A stretch of DNA of 46,076 nucleotides from Klebsormidium nitens (taxonomy: Eukaryota > Plantae > Klebsormidiophyceae): positions 1-46,076 of the forward strand of contig DF237606.1 of NCBI GenBank assembly GCA_000708835.1, given 5' to 3'. This document shows, one piece after another, positions 23,476 through 36,882 of the stretch (its first letter is position 1; each line of letters begins with the position of its first letter). A program made the translations under genes and the position numbers. The notes beneath the pieces are model-generated. The model did no database searches and had not been told where the DNA came from. It saw only the letters and a list, made by a program, of their open reading frames with translations.

Positions 23476-24754
23476 CGTTACCGGTGTCCTGGCAATAGCC
23501 GCGCACCACGGGAATCTCGAAAGCCCACCGGGGCGCCCCGAGAGAAAACAGGAAGCGACCAGGTCACCAGGGCCTACTACCTGGCTCGCCGATCCAGGGC
23601 GCTGCTCTTCCCGGTCTGCCGCTGCGGCGCGTGGAAATCTCACCGAGGGCGCTGTGCTCCCCCGGCCCCGGTCCAGGCTGCGGCCGGGGGACCGCCTGCA
23701 TCGGCATATGGCGACATGTGACAACAGGTTACAGAGCGCCGTGACGCGCCGCCGTCCAGCTCCTGGCGCGTGTCGTCGTGTGCTTGTCACATGCGCATTG
23801 AGCAGGCAAGCTGGGCTCAGTCGTAGGATAGCCCCCAGGGTCTGGGGGCCTGTGCTCCAGCTAGCCTGGCAGTTGGAAGCTACGGTAGGTAGATCTACCA
23901 GTTGAAGCTCGGGAAATCATTGCAGTTTTAAAGTGGGCGTCCGATTTCAAAGCTCCGGAAATGCGCACTCCGTGCATCTGAGTCTTTTTTTGACGGACCA
24001 GATTGCAACTTCGACCAATCTGGGCCCCCACCACCGTAGATGGCCTTGGGGTGTCCATGCATGGCCTATGCCCACTTTAAGTTCGCGCATCATTACTGCA
24101 ATGATCAATGAAAAGTTTACATCGATCTATGCAGTCGTTGCGAGGGACCCGAGGGATAGGTTTGAGATTTCAACTGGGTTTATTCAGCTATAAAGCTCAC
24201 GCTAACATTCGGTAGCTACGCCTTCAAAATCCCGGCAATTTGACATGAGAATCTTGTGTACCGATGCCATGGAAGCTTATGTTGAGTTATAAGTGAAGGC
24301 CCTACGGCATGTTGACGAGAACCTCATACACGCTCTTCTTTGCTTGGCTCCGACGCGGGTAGCCCCGGACTTTCTAAGTTCACGTTGAAGAGAGACTGGA
24401 ATCAACACAAAAATGGCTGGAAGTGGACGGCTGTCCGACTCGGAGATGTTGAATGACCACCTGCGACGAACAAGCCGACCATCGCAAACCATCGAACATT
24501 GTCCAACATGACGCTCGACCAAGCAGATCTACTGGTCGAATAACACAGAAAGAGTGCGCCAAAGTCGAGTCGCTCGCAACGGAGTTGTCGTCTCGTAGAC
24601 CAGCACAAACAGCGCCACATTGCTCATTCTTGAAGAATAGGACAAGCCTCTGCCTACGCCTCTTCGTATCAAGCGACGACCCATGTTGGGCAAGCTCATT
24701 TGCCCTCCTGAGGGTAGAAGCCCATAAAAATGCAGCAAAAACGACTTGGCGTAT

Positions 24755-27700
24755 TTACTCGTCTTTCTCTTCCTCTTCTGACTCGTAATACACGGCCTGT
24801 GGCTGTGTCGATGCATATGCGGGTGCGATGAAGCGGGGCGCTGCCGCGGCCGCTTCCGCGTGCTTCAAGATGGCCTCCCGAGGATCTTCCTCGGCGGCCT
24901 TGTCCTTCATGAGCCCACGCTCCTGCATCACAAAGGTTCACAATTTTAAAAGCTGGTTCTCTACTTAAAAAGCGACAGGAAGTGCAGTTCTCTACATCGG
25001 ATGAAGGGGACCTCGCCAACTGTGTACCGCTGAGTGCAGACCGCGTTAGCTTCCAGGGTTCTGATCTCAAATGCTCTATCTCACCGATTATGCACTCAAT
25101 GTAAACGCGTCTGATCTGACAAGTTGAGCGGGATCAATCCAGCTTCTTGAAGCAATGGTCGTGTTCAAAGGAGTGGTCAGCTTCCCACCGACTGTACTAC
25201 AGCACTTTGAGATGCGGTAATTCCTTTTTGTTCTACTTTCCAACGACGACAAACGAAAGTGGACAGTCAGGCCTTCAGTGCCTCGAAAAAGGGTTCTAGA
25301 CTTCAAACGCAGGCAAAGGGTGTCAACCAAGAATCAAACGCGACTCGCAGATTATGCTTCTCCAAAATCGCTGCGCTTCGATTGCAGCAGTCTGTGCAAG
25401 CAAAAGAAGAGCAGAACAGGCCCTAGAAGTTAAGACTCATTCAAAATAAAAAGCAAACGTTGGCTTCAGAGATGTCACCAGGCTCAACTTCCAAGATCCT
25501 TCCAAAATCTGTGATTGAGGATCAAGAGCTCCAAGATGCAGCATCCGTTACCAGGTCCACGAACCCCTTGATCCTCGACAAGCCGTCAAACAACTCTCCA
25601 ATTCGACAGTCCCACAATACCGGAGCTGACAAAGACAACGAAACCCAATTTCGAATTCCTGCTCCTCGCACCTCTCGCCCACATGCACGTCTACTTCCGC
25701 TACAGTATTCAACGAAGGACCCTCATCCTTCAGAATATTCCAACCCACCTTGAGCAGGTATTGCGTCAGCAGGCTTCCCGGCGCCTGCCCGATCCGCCCC
25801 TTCATCCCCGGGCCCGACACGGGCAGGTCCGGCCGCTTCGACGTGACCGGATCTTTCCGCGCCTTCTCCCGGGTCTTCTTCCGTGACAGCTCCTCCCGGA
25901 ACAGCGGAAGCGCGTGCGGGTTGTGGATGAGCGGCTTGGATTCCAGGTAGTCGTCGACCGACTTTTTCCGGGGGGCGCGGGGGACGCACACGAGCGCCCC
26001 CCGCTCCGAGAGCGCGGGGTCGTACAGCACGTGCGTGGCGCCCTCCTTTTTGTCGCCAACGCTCGCGAAGATCTGCATGGAGGGGGGGGACGAAACTGGC
26101 TGAGGAGCGGTTTTGCAGGTAGACTCCAAGGGCGCGAATCTTTGTATCAGAGATGTGGGGTAACCTCGGAGTCAGAAATTTCTCTGTGTAGTCTACAGTG
26201 GCGGGAATCTGCGAAGGCAGGGATGAGTTGTGTACCCAGAGCTGACAAAAGCGTGGAGGTTCGACAAAGTAGCAGAAGCCCTGTGAACGGCTCAGATTCG
26301 GGAGGTGGGATTGACTTCAGGCATACTGTTACAGCAATCATTTGACAGAGGCAACCAAGTTTTGCAAGGCAATGTCTTGTCGTGCCTAGCGAACAAACGA
26401 TGCATGAGCAAAGTCAAGCTCGACCAACTACGAAGAGCCACCGCCGAAACGCGATGCCTGCGCAACGACTCCGCATTACAATGAGCAGACAAGCAGGAAG
26501 CCTCCCGCTCCTCAAACAAAACTCGTGCCCAAACCCCTTCCAATTTGCTATGCAATGCGCACAGATATCAGCTGCACCCACAAGAAATCCAGCAACCAGA
26601 AGATGGGACGCGTTGGCAGGCTTACCTGATTCAGTCTAGGGTGCCAATGCACGCGCACAACGCTCTGCGTAGGCGCGATCCCCACTTTCCGCACCAGCTC
26701 GAGCCTCTCCCGGTCGAAGAACACGATCTGGCCCCCCGGCGCGTCCTCCCCTTTCTCGTAAGAAGTCCCCGTGACAATGAGCTGCTCGTCCGGACTGAAG
26801 GCGACGTTCGTATGCCCGTATGAGTTGGGCAGGTCGCCGAAGACGGCGACGGGGGCCTTGAACTTGCGGGCGTCCCAGACCTGCGAGAGCAGTGTTGTCA
26901 ATTCGGAAAACTCTGGACCGAAATCAGACTACCTTAGCGAATCTGCGAGTATACGCAGGACGAGAGATATGCGATAGCACTAGTAGCACGTCATCAGTAG
27001 CCCTCTCCTCAGCTGGGGACGGTTTGCAGGGAACTCCGCACAGCAATCAGCTCCAGCACCACTGTCTTCGCCTGAACCATCGCAATCATCTAGCCGCCCC
27101 AAAACTTTAACTTGACACCAAGAAGCACATGCGCTCTCCCTGCCGTTGGGACCGTGTAATTCGTGACACCAATTACCACTACGACCAACTCTCGTATCCG
27201 CGCTCGCCCTGACTTCGAGTCGTCGGTTGATCAGTGAACTCAAGACAGTGCCAGGTTTGGTATGCCGAAGGTATGGTATCATAAGTTCCTCGACTAGCAT
27301 CCGACAAGTCCGCACTCTCAACCCAAAGCCCGACCTCCCGCACACAGGAGGCGTCCCGCCCCGTCGCATTCAAGCGACAAACCTCCAACACACAAATCTT
27401 GGATTGCAACTCACAGTCCCTGCAATCTTGGTTGCACACGCCAATTTAGCGACCCTCAGAGCGAAACCCGCGGCTAGAAGGTCCGGTCGAGCCCGATGCC
27501 CCTCTTTCACCCCTCACCTTGAGCGTTCCGTCCGTCGCCCTCGACAGCACCATGTTCCCGTCCGCGGCAAAGCACAGCCCGCTGATCTCCTCCCCGTTCG
27601 TGTGTCCCTTCTCGACGTACAGATCCGGGCGGCTGCCCCAAGCGCCGCGGACGTTCCATATCTGGACACAGAAAACAAGTTCATGCCTTTCGAACGTTCC

Positions 27701-30700
27701 TAGAAGGTGTAAAAGCTTAATTTGAGAGGCATGGAGGCTCAGGAGGCGAAGCCGGAACGTGTGTCCTCAACCAATCCTTCAAAAACTCGACCAATTTTTC
27801 CAAACTTTAGATACGAAAAGGTCATGTTGTTTGACATCAAAACCTAAGGCAAGATCAGTGCGGATCGCATCCAACAATGCTTGGAGTGTCCAGTAGAAGC
27901 AAGACAGCATCTACGAAATGCACCCCCCATAGGTTGACTGTTCAGTAAGTTCTACAAAAGCCAACAAGGAATGTCCAACGAAAATCTTTGGGTCGCTGCC
28001 TACCTGAATGGAGCCGTCCGCCAGTCCTGCGGCCATGGTTTTGCCACCTGGCCCCCACGTGCACGTGGTCACAGAGATGCGCCCGGGGCGGGCTAGCTTG
28101 GGCTTGACGACCTGGAGAGACGGCAGCAACTAGGTTCGGGAACTTTCTGCTCAAATTCAAGCCGATTTGCCCGTTTGGTAAGCTCAAGAGTTGGCAGACA
28201 GAGTCGGGAAGCAGACGGACCAAACGACACGAGCGCTGACCTGCAAAGAGGCGTCCTAACTAAATTGAGGAAGTTTCTGCGATTCGAGGAAGTGCGGCCT
28301 TGGCAAGAGATGGCTCGAGCCCACAGGAAGAATTTGCAAGCTACAGTGATTGTTCATTTGCTGGAGACTATGCCCAAGCCGGCCTGCCTACTTTGCGAGT
28401 CAAAACAATCAATCGAGTAGCTGCCACTCAGCAGATCCGATTCGGATCGAACTCAAGAAAGATGGTAGAAAAGAAAGGATGACTTGAAGGCAACGCCACT
28501 GGGACGGGGAGGGTTGGTTTCAGGGGTTTGGAGTGCGCAGGGGTGCGGAGCAGGTACTTTTTGCATTAGGATCTTTTGCGGAGGTCGATTTGAGTATATT
28601 CTTGGGTGACTTTTTGTTTTCTTGAGTTTCGTAGATGCGGCCCAGGGGGACCAGCTGCGGCTTCTCTACATCACCTGTTAGCAAATCTGAAAGTCGATTC
28701 AAGCACAACTAGAGAAGCAACGACGGCTTGATCACCTAAAGCCAGCCACGCAGAGAAAAGCGCCTGTAGGCCTACAGAGTGAGGATTTGAACTCGGTTGC
28801 CAGAAAAGGTAAATCCAAGTAATAGTGCAGCGCCGGATTGCGGCGCCTGAATAACGACGCTGCCAAAAGCACGTCGTCATCCGAGAGTACCGATTTGAAC
28901 AGCAATAATTGAGCTCTTCGGTCGCCAGAGGAAGGTAAGTCCCCTAACGCCCTCTCAACACCAGCAGAAGCAGACGCGCTCCAAAAAACAGTCAACCCTC
29001 GCCGCATCGTCGCACCTGCTTCTGCTGCTTGAAGTTGGTGACGTCCCAGATGCGCACCGTCCCGTCCTCGGATGACGTCAGCGCGGTCTGCCTCTCGGCG
29101 GGGTGCCACTCGCCGTAGGTGCAGCCCGTGATGTGGCCCTTGGTGTTCTTGGCGTCGCGGATGTACATGTCGCCGCGCACAAACTCGCCCTGGCACGCGC
29201 CGTCACGGTCGTAGATCTGTGGAACAAGAAAGCAGGAATCAAACCTCCTTCTGCATATCTTGCTTAATGCACACCTCTCCATGTATAAGCTCGCTCTGGT
29301 AGCGGTGATTGCTTTGAAAAAAAGACGCAGTGATTGCTTCTGAACTTGCTGCATGTACATGTCGCCGTACACAAAATCGCCCTCGCACGCGCAGTTGCAG
29401 TCGTAAATCTGCCCAGCATCAAAATAGATCAATGACAATTTGGCTAGGAGTGGGTTTGCTTCGTTAAAAACCCGAAGCGAAAGTAGTCTCTGTAGTTACG
29501 TTGCGAAGGTCGGAAGCTACTGAAGAAGGTTTCGAAAGGAGCCAGGTTCCCGATCATGAGCAATACAAGACGTTCAGGCCAGATGCATCGGACTCGTCCT
29601 GCTTGTCCCCTTGAAAGCGAGTAGCCAGAAAGTGTGGCTTGACGCAATTGCATCATCGCAAACGCACTGGTTCGCTCGAGCACCCCAAAACACGTGCAGA
29701 GTGGAACACACAACAAGCCAACCTCTTGATACATCATTGAGGCTGTGCCGTGGTTTTAAGCCACCTTCTCGAAAATGCAGTCACAGTGCAAGTCCGGTCA
29801 ACATCTTCAACTTGCGATCATTCCGCTTCTTGTTTGCCCAGCCTGACCCAGTGACCTGGACCAGATCTCAAAGATAGTACTCCACAGTATTCCTGGTCAT
29901 CACTTTCTTCGCATAACCTTAGACTTACGCATCTATTCCGTCCAGGATAAAGAGACCCTCTCACCTTGGCTTGCGCCGACCCCGTAACCACCAAGAAGCG
30001 GTCCGCCGTCGGACTCCAGCTCAGCGCTCGCACCGCATGCCCCTCGCTCGGCTCCAAGTGCCGGAAGCTCTTCAGCCGTGCGTCCATCCCGTTGAAGTCA
30101 AACATCTTAACCACGTAGTCGTAACCCCCGGTTAGCACCCTTGACCCGGTTGGGTCCACCGCCAGCGCCGACACGACTCGCGTGTGCCCCTTGAGCCGGA
30201 TCTCGTGCTCCAGCGGTATCCTGTACGGGTCCGAATCCGTTTCGTCCTTGTCCGAATCGGCTGACTCTGCGTCCGAACCGTCCGACTCCCCGTCCAAACC
30301 GGCCGAACTTTTTCCAGGGGGCTGTGGGGGCCCCACGAGCTCCTCTGGGGGGGGTCGCGGTGGCCCCACAGCCACCCCCCCGTCTTCGTCTGATCCCCCC
30401 GAAGGATGGGGCGGCCCGGCAACCCTCTCTTCCTCTTCCTCTTCTGAACCGTCTCTTAAACGATCTTGCAGAATCCTAGCGTCAGAACCAAAAGGCCCTG
30501 TCGTAGCTCCGTTTCCACTGGGGCCAGCCCTGTCGAACTCAGGCTGACTGGCCCCAGCAGGGCCTCTGACCGCATTCATTCCGCCGTCTACTCTCGCCCG
30601 CTTTGCAGCCGCTTCTCCATTCTCCCCTTCCCTGGCACTGACTGGGCGCGCCAGTGCTTCCTTGCCCCCCGGAATGACAGAATCCTGAGCAATGCTGGCA

Positions 30701-30870
30701 CCCCCAATGTTGAATGCAATCTTCCCCTTTTTCGGAGCTGCCCCCGCCCCAGGCCGTTTCGTTTTGCTGTGCACGTTCTCGAGCGCCTCGCGCTTCGCCT
30801 CCTGGCGGCCGAAGCCGGTGGGGAACGCGGCGCGCAGGCCCTCATGCATTTCCGCCTCGTCCTCGACCAT
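24755..30870 (-). CDS. WDR70: WD repeat-containing protein 70 / gastrulation defective protein 1 homolog (701 aa, 7 exons)
   Basis: Exons 30870-29965, 29216-29016, 28111-28004, 27661-27518, 26880-26626, 26072-25749 and 24922-24755; all introns GT-AG, phase 0. Motifs: LRAAFPTGFG, LKGHTRVVSALAVDPTGSRVLTGGYDYVVKMFDFNGMD, GDMYIRDAKNTKGH, IHNPHALPLFRE, GPGMKGRIG, EEDPREAILKHA. Confidence 0.95.
29353..29411 (-). repeat. Intronic duplicate of the WDR70 exon-2 acceptor and first 19 codons
   Basis: 50/59 nt identical to 29161-29219. It encodes IYDCNCACEGDFVYGDMYM versus IYDRDGACQGEFVRGDMYI and keeps a CAG acceptor 192 bp upstream of the normal one. Confidence 0.85.
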
Positions 30871-33635
30871 GACGCCATCCTGCGATCGCAACAAACGATA
30901 TGTATTGCGCGTTTCTTGTTGATCTCTTCGAGGTTTCATCTTCAAATGATGCGAACACGGTGGGCTTCTAATGGCTGCGGCGCAAGACATCACCTCAGCC
31001 TGGTTCTCGACTACTCATGCCATCTGGCGACAACGACGTACAAATCTGTTTTGATTAGCCTTTCTCGTTGACTTCCTTCTATTTGTTCCTCCCAACTTGT
31101 GCAACTCGGTTTGGTTCAACCCTTGCCCTCACCGGTTGCCTCACCAATCTTCAGCCAGGAAGCTCAAGTTGAGGACTATGGTCTTACGAATCTACTCAGA
31201 AGCTGTTCCTTGTCTGTTGGGCCTCGATTAGCCTGATCAACTTTGTTTGACCATAGTTTCGGGGTGCCACGCGGTGCAAGGTCATGTCAAAAGCGCGTAG
31301 CGGGTGAAAGAAATACCAGTGGGGCGAGAGAGAAGGAGACGAAGCTGGTCTTGAGTTGATCTGCTGCCCATCTCCCATCTCGCTTCCTGATTGCCAAAAA
31401 GTGCTGTCATACCGTAGCACAATGATTTGCCCTTCAGTCCTACCACGAGTAAACGATTCCTAATCCACGCTTGACCAGGTATGAACCACACTCACGCAGA
31501 GTCAAGGATCCCTTTTTTCATTAGCAAGATATGCCTGAATGCAGAGAAGACCTCCCTCAGCAGAACGAGCTCAGAACGAGCTCAAATCAACCACTTCAAA
31601 CCAGGAACGTTGAACCCCAAGCGCATGCTCACTGTGAACTTAATAACTTGCCTAAACCCTTCTAACCGTGCTGCAAACCACGAACGAGACTCACCGGAAC
31701 CGGGCCAGCCTCGTCATCCTCATTATCCTCTTCTTCATCATCCCCAGACTTGGCCCCTCCGTCTTCCGCCGCGCTTCTCGGCCCTTGAAAGAAGCTTGCC
31801 TGCTGCTGAGCCTGCAAAGCAAGGACAGAGTATTGGTCAAAAGGTTTAAAATCCTTTAAATTGGTACTGGAGGCCTACTTCAGAAGCCTGAATACTAGTC
31901 TGGAACACCATCCTGGTCAGCAGATTGAGTGACTGCATTTGCAGCAGGAAGGTTATGCCCCTCTTACTTCTTGCATGCTCCTTTTACTGCTTGTATGCGT
32001 AAACAAGCCAAATAACCCCAAGATTTTCAACAATGAGGGTTGGCAAAAGCTGTTCCAAGCAAGAGCTCTCCTTAGAAGGTATGCAAATCAAACCTCAGTT
32101 TGTGGTGTTTTAGTGGGGCAACTGAGGCCAGTCCTGATATGCCTCTCCCCACTATCCTCTCCAGAAGCAACCTACGCAGAAGCATCTCTCCACTGCATCT
32201 TCTTCCTCTCTTCATCTGCTTTTCAACAGGGCCATATAAAAGAAGGGCGACTTGAAAAAGGCCTAAAAAGGGACCCCGCAAAAGTGACTAACACCACCCC
32301 TAGCCATCCTAACACTGTGTTTCATTCTCGCTGCTGCAAGATGGGGTGGCTCCAGACAATACCTCACCTGCGCTTGCGCCCTTCGCTGCTTCTCCCTCAA
32401 TGCCTCAATTGAGCTCCAGCCCCCATCTGGAGACAGCAAAAACGAAGATTGGAGAACCGACCGAGAATCAAAGAAGGTGCTCCTTATAAGCTGTGGGCAT
32501 AGGCATGGGTCAGCAGTGCGAAGAATGACGAAGAACACAGCATCCAGCAGCAGAGTTCCTAGAGATTATTATGTGGCTCTCAAAGATACAATGATTGTAC
32601 TCACAGGACGCCCTTTTTGTAGGATAGGTGGCGGCGCGGACACAAACAAGATGATGCTGAACGGCGAGGGGCTGTGATTGAACATGTATGAGCGAGCGAG
32701 TTGTTTTGTCTCCAAAACAACGTCTTTTTCGACCCGCACAAGCGTAAGAAAGGAGTCACAAGAACCGCTCGCAATTGACATTGACGTGTCAAGCAGCCAA
32801 CAGCTTACCTGTCCCCGGCCTCTGCCTTTCTTTTGCCGCCTGCCTCAACGCTTGCTGCAGCAAGAAGAATCAGTGAGATATCATTGAGGGAAACATATAG
32901 CGAGAAGCGGCTTGTTGCAACGGGTTACAAGAGACATCTTAAGGAGAGGTGGTTCCGCCGCTGGAACAGCGCTAAACAAAAAGCTATATGGACACTTGCG
33001 TCCCCAAGCAATTGTAAGTCATAAAGAGACTCTGATGGCCAAAGGTGGTCGTACCAGCTCAGAGTCCTCATCATCTGAAGGCATTGTGTTGCCCTGTCCC
33101 TGCCGCTCGGAAGCTTTGTACAACAGCTAAACTGATGTTCTCTTTTTCAAAAGCCCGTGCCCAGCAAAAACGTGCTGGTCCTACAAGACACAAATTTCGT
33201 CATGGCGTCTTCCTGCAGGCCAGGATTTTATGCAGCCAGAGTTTGAACTTTGCTGCTGCCATGGCTGCTGCGGCTCTGCGGGGCTTTGCTAAACACTTTT
33301 GCGCAAGCAAAGGCACACCCGCACATTCTACAGCTGCGGGTTATTAGAGCGCACAGTCCTGAGCGCGCGGCTGCTAATACGTGCCGCGCAACCGCTCCCA
33401 CTTTCGGCTTACCAGGTTTCCAGCATTCTGCATTCCAGCATTCGATGTCATGCATGAACGTTCTGTACGAAGGGATTCAGATTCAATGGAGGGGCACGAG
33501 CTGCTTGCAGCTCAGATCAGGAGTTGTGCAGCAGTGGTGGTTGAGCCAAGTAAATCTTCTGGGCCTAATGTACCAGTCACATATGCTCATGAAGCGTTGC
33601 ATTGAGCATCGTTTACATAGCAGCATTGCGTGTCG

Positions 33636-36600
33636 ATGGATAGTGAAAGGTTAGGCGAGATGAGGGCGCTGGTCATCTTTGCAAGGCTCCCTGTCCCAGG
33701 AAAAGTGAAGACAAGGCTGGCTGCTGGCATTGGCCCCGAGGCAGCAGCCTCCTTCTACAAGGCCATGGCGGAGCAGATTGTTGTCGAAAGCGCAAAGTGA
33801 GCGCAACCTCTTAGCACAAGGCAAAGCATGATAGCGAGCTTGAAGTAACTGAAAGCTTCCATTAAAGGAATTTCATTCTGACCAGCAAGTTTTGAGGGTG
33901 TCGCTAAGGAATAGTGCATGTAAGCCAGCTGCTGCCGTCGCGAATGTGCTCTGTTTGAGGATCGTTTGTTTTCTCACAGGATACCTTAGAACAATTTGTT
34001 AATGTCAGTGTTTGCTTGAGATTGACAAAACAAGAGATACGAAGTCCTTCATGGATATATGGACATTTTAGCAAGATCAATAACATACCACTCATGTTTA
34101 CTCTCGATTGCGAACTGCCAGCAAGGAAGGTCTTTGTACACTAACAGCTCCGCTGATGATCATGGAACGCTTTCCATTACAACCTTATTTTGCTTCTTCT
34201 TCAGATGCAACACAAACATAGTGCGGTATCTCTTCCATTCAGAGCCGAACGACCGAGAAGGGGTCCAGGAATGGATGGCGGCGCTGGGGCAGAAAGACAC
34301 TCTGAAGCTTCGAGTCCAGGTATGTCTGCCCTGTGATATCCACAGAAGCTCCAGATCCAAGATCGATTAAATTAGGGTGTGGTTGTTGCAAAGCAGAAAG
34401 CAGACGGGCTGGCTTTTTGTTCATCACCTCAGTAACATTAGGTTGCTGGTATGGATTTCTGCCTCGGCAGAAATTCCGGCAAAGCACCACATGCACTGCT
34501 GTGGGCCCATTGGCTCTGTAGTTTGTAGAGATGGCATGACATCTGGAGGCTAAAGATGAAGGGGCTCCAGGATACTCAACGGCACAGTGCGCATGGGCAC
34601 CGGTGCTGTTGGAGGAGGGTCAGGTCAACGCCTGGAGCATGTCGTGCCTTCACCCTTGACCCTCTGTGTGCAGTCCACCAAAGGAGATGTCGGAGGCCGC
34701 ATGCGGGACGCCTTTGAAGAGGTTTTCAAGACCGGCGTTGATCAGGTGCAGTGTTTTCACTTTCCTTCAACCCTTTTCTTGGCAGCATGTTCTAACCTTG
34801 ACCTTGCCATCACGGTGCGCTTCTTCCGAGCTTTTTCCCGGTTGTGCCTCGTCACGTGCCCCAGACTTGGTCTTCGAATTTGAGAACAAGCTTCTGGTTG
34901 AGGGTGGCCTTGGAACTGTCGTCACACCCGCGGCTGATTGAAAGCCATCACTTTTGAAAAGTCGAAACGTTTCCAAAAGGTCGTGACCATCCTAAACAGC
35001 ACTCAGAACACCATCCAGGCCAGCAGAAAGTGCAGTACGACGTCGCCCTCAAACTCGACCGTTTCTCGACTTCGAATTGCACCCTTGCGCATCCTAGACT
35101 CAACACACTGGCCGAGTTCTGCAGAACGCTCGCTCGCAGAAGTTGTGGGGCATAACTCGTTGTTTTCAGGACATTGACCGGAAAGTCGTTCCAGCTTCCA
35201 ATTTTGTCAGGCCTTTCTCGTGTCAGAGCCGGCTTGCTCACATGATGGATATGCGCCAGAAGCATTGCGTTTCGCGAGGACCCGATTGTGTCACTGGCAT
35301 CCTTATTAAAATAATCAGTGTAATCGACCGATGGTACAAGCTTACGAACACAGTATAGGCGAGAGAAAAGCGACGATTTTTGCTCGCAGGTGGTGCTGAT
35401 CGGAACCGACATCCCGGATTTGACGGCGGACGTCATGGAACGGGCTTTTAAAGCGCTCGAAACGGCTGACGTAAGCCACTCCTTCGTCTCACATCCGGGC
35501 AAGAGAGACGGGGTTTTGACGGCGTCGTGCCTTTTCTGACGACAACAAGGCCGAGAGATGGGCAATCTTGCATACTGTTTCAGACTGATAGTCATATATC
35601 AGGGGTTCGTCGGGCTTATAATGTTTTTGAATCGGAGATCACAGAAGCAACGATGGTCTTGTAGAAGATGCATCTGAGTGAAGGACTCCACTGGTTGTCC
35701 ACGAAGAGCGGTCGCTTAAGCCTTTCGACTCTTTTGCAACTGTCACGGCCGCCCGCGCAGGGCTGTGAACCTTGAATCGGGGCTCCGAACAGTAAGAGCC
35801 CGGACAAGGAGAATAAGTCTTCGCACAATCGGAACCGGGGACACTGTTGGAAAGGTGATGGCGTGGGGCCGCTGAGCTTTCCGCTTGTTAGACCCGTCAG
35901 ATGTTTGGAGAATCGCATTCGGACGGTTTAAAATGACATTGTGGGTAGAACCTGCACAGGTTGTGCCTCCGACGTGGTTTCCGAGGCAAAGCTTAGAGGC
36001 CGTCAGATTTGAGTTTAGGAATGCATCAAGGGCTGAGAGCACCGCCGTCGCACCGACTCCGTCCAACAGCGTCCCCGATTCTGATTGTGCGAAGACTTAT
36101 TCTCCTTGTCCGGGCTCAGTAAGAATCGTTCAGGTTGCGTGGTCCAGGCGCAACAGTCCTTTTCTTGGATGCTTTCGCTCTGGTCCAATAAGCAATTGAG
36201 TGGAACGCACTCACTTTCTCTCCCTAAGCTTCGGTTTCCCTTCACATGCTGACGGCGGCTGTGCTCTGGTTCAGGTCGTACTGGGGCCCGCCGCTGACGG
36301 CGGCTACTACCTTATCGGGCTCAAGCGGTTGCACGAAGTCCTTTTTGAGGTGAGGGCTTGAGTAACAACTCCAGCGGTTATAGAACCATTTGCTTGTCCG
36401 TTGATACAACGGGGGATTCAAGAACGAACATCAAAAGCGGACCATTGCCGCAAGGCTCAAAGTCATGACTCCGCAACTTTGAGCGACGAGTTTTAAGTTC
36501 TGTGAACCCAACTTCTTACCTACCAACGAAACTTAGCCCCCCTCAACGGAGTCGGGATGTCATAGTTTCAAAAATGTATTTGACTTCTGTTGTGTTAGTC

Positions 36601-36882
36601 AAAACGGGCGTGCTTGTATTGAAATGTGTCTTGTCGTACTTAATCCGTTTGCAGGGGATTCCGTGGAGCTCCTCTGAGACTAGGGCTGCAACCATCGCTG
36701 CTGCTGAACGTGCGGGTCTGAGAGTTGCCCCGTCCTCGAGCCTGCCAACTCTCGCAGATATTGACACCCTAGACGACCTAGAGAACTGGTATACATCAGC
36801 TCGAACAGAAGTGCACGTGTCACCAACAGGTGTCTGCCGCTTGGCTGCCCAAGTACTGGCAGCTCCCTTAACAAAGAGCTGA
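33636..36882 (+). CDS. DUF2064 / TIGR04282-family (CofC-like GT-A fold) glycosyltransferase (243 aa, 6 exons)
   Basis: Exons 33636-33796, 34205-34319, 34674-34745, 35390-35470, 36275-36349 and 36655-36882. Diagnostic motifs: LVIFARLPVPGKVKTRLA, GDVGGRMRDAF, VVLIGTDIPDL, VVLGPAADGGYYLIGL, IPWSS, LADIDTLDDL. An upstream coding exon cannot be excluded. Confidence 0.9.

Noticed and set aside
31500-33000. Coding-like fragments between WDR70 and the glycosyltransferase
   Set aside because: Frequent stops in all frames and no identifiable family; at most a decayed relic.
33261-33347. MAAAALRGFAKHFCASKG… as an organellar targeting exon of the glycosyltransferase
   Set aside because: It ends in TAG, and I found no donor/acceptor pair that joins it in frame to 33636. 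It could be a uORF and needs cDNA.
34948-35595. 215-aa minus-strand ORF
   Set aside because: Antisense to glycosyltransferase intron 3/exon 4, with no motif or coding bias.
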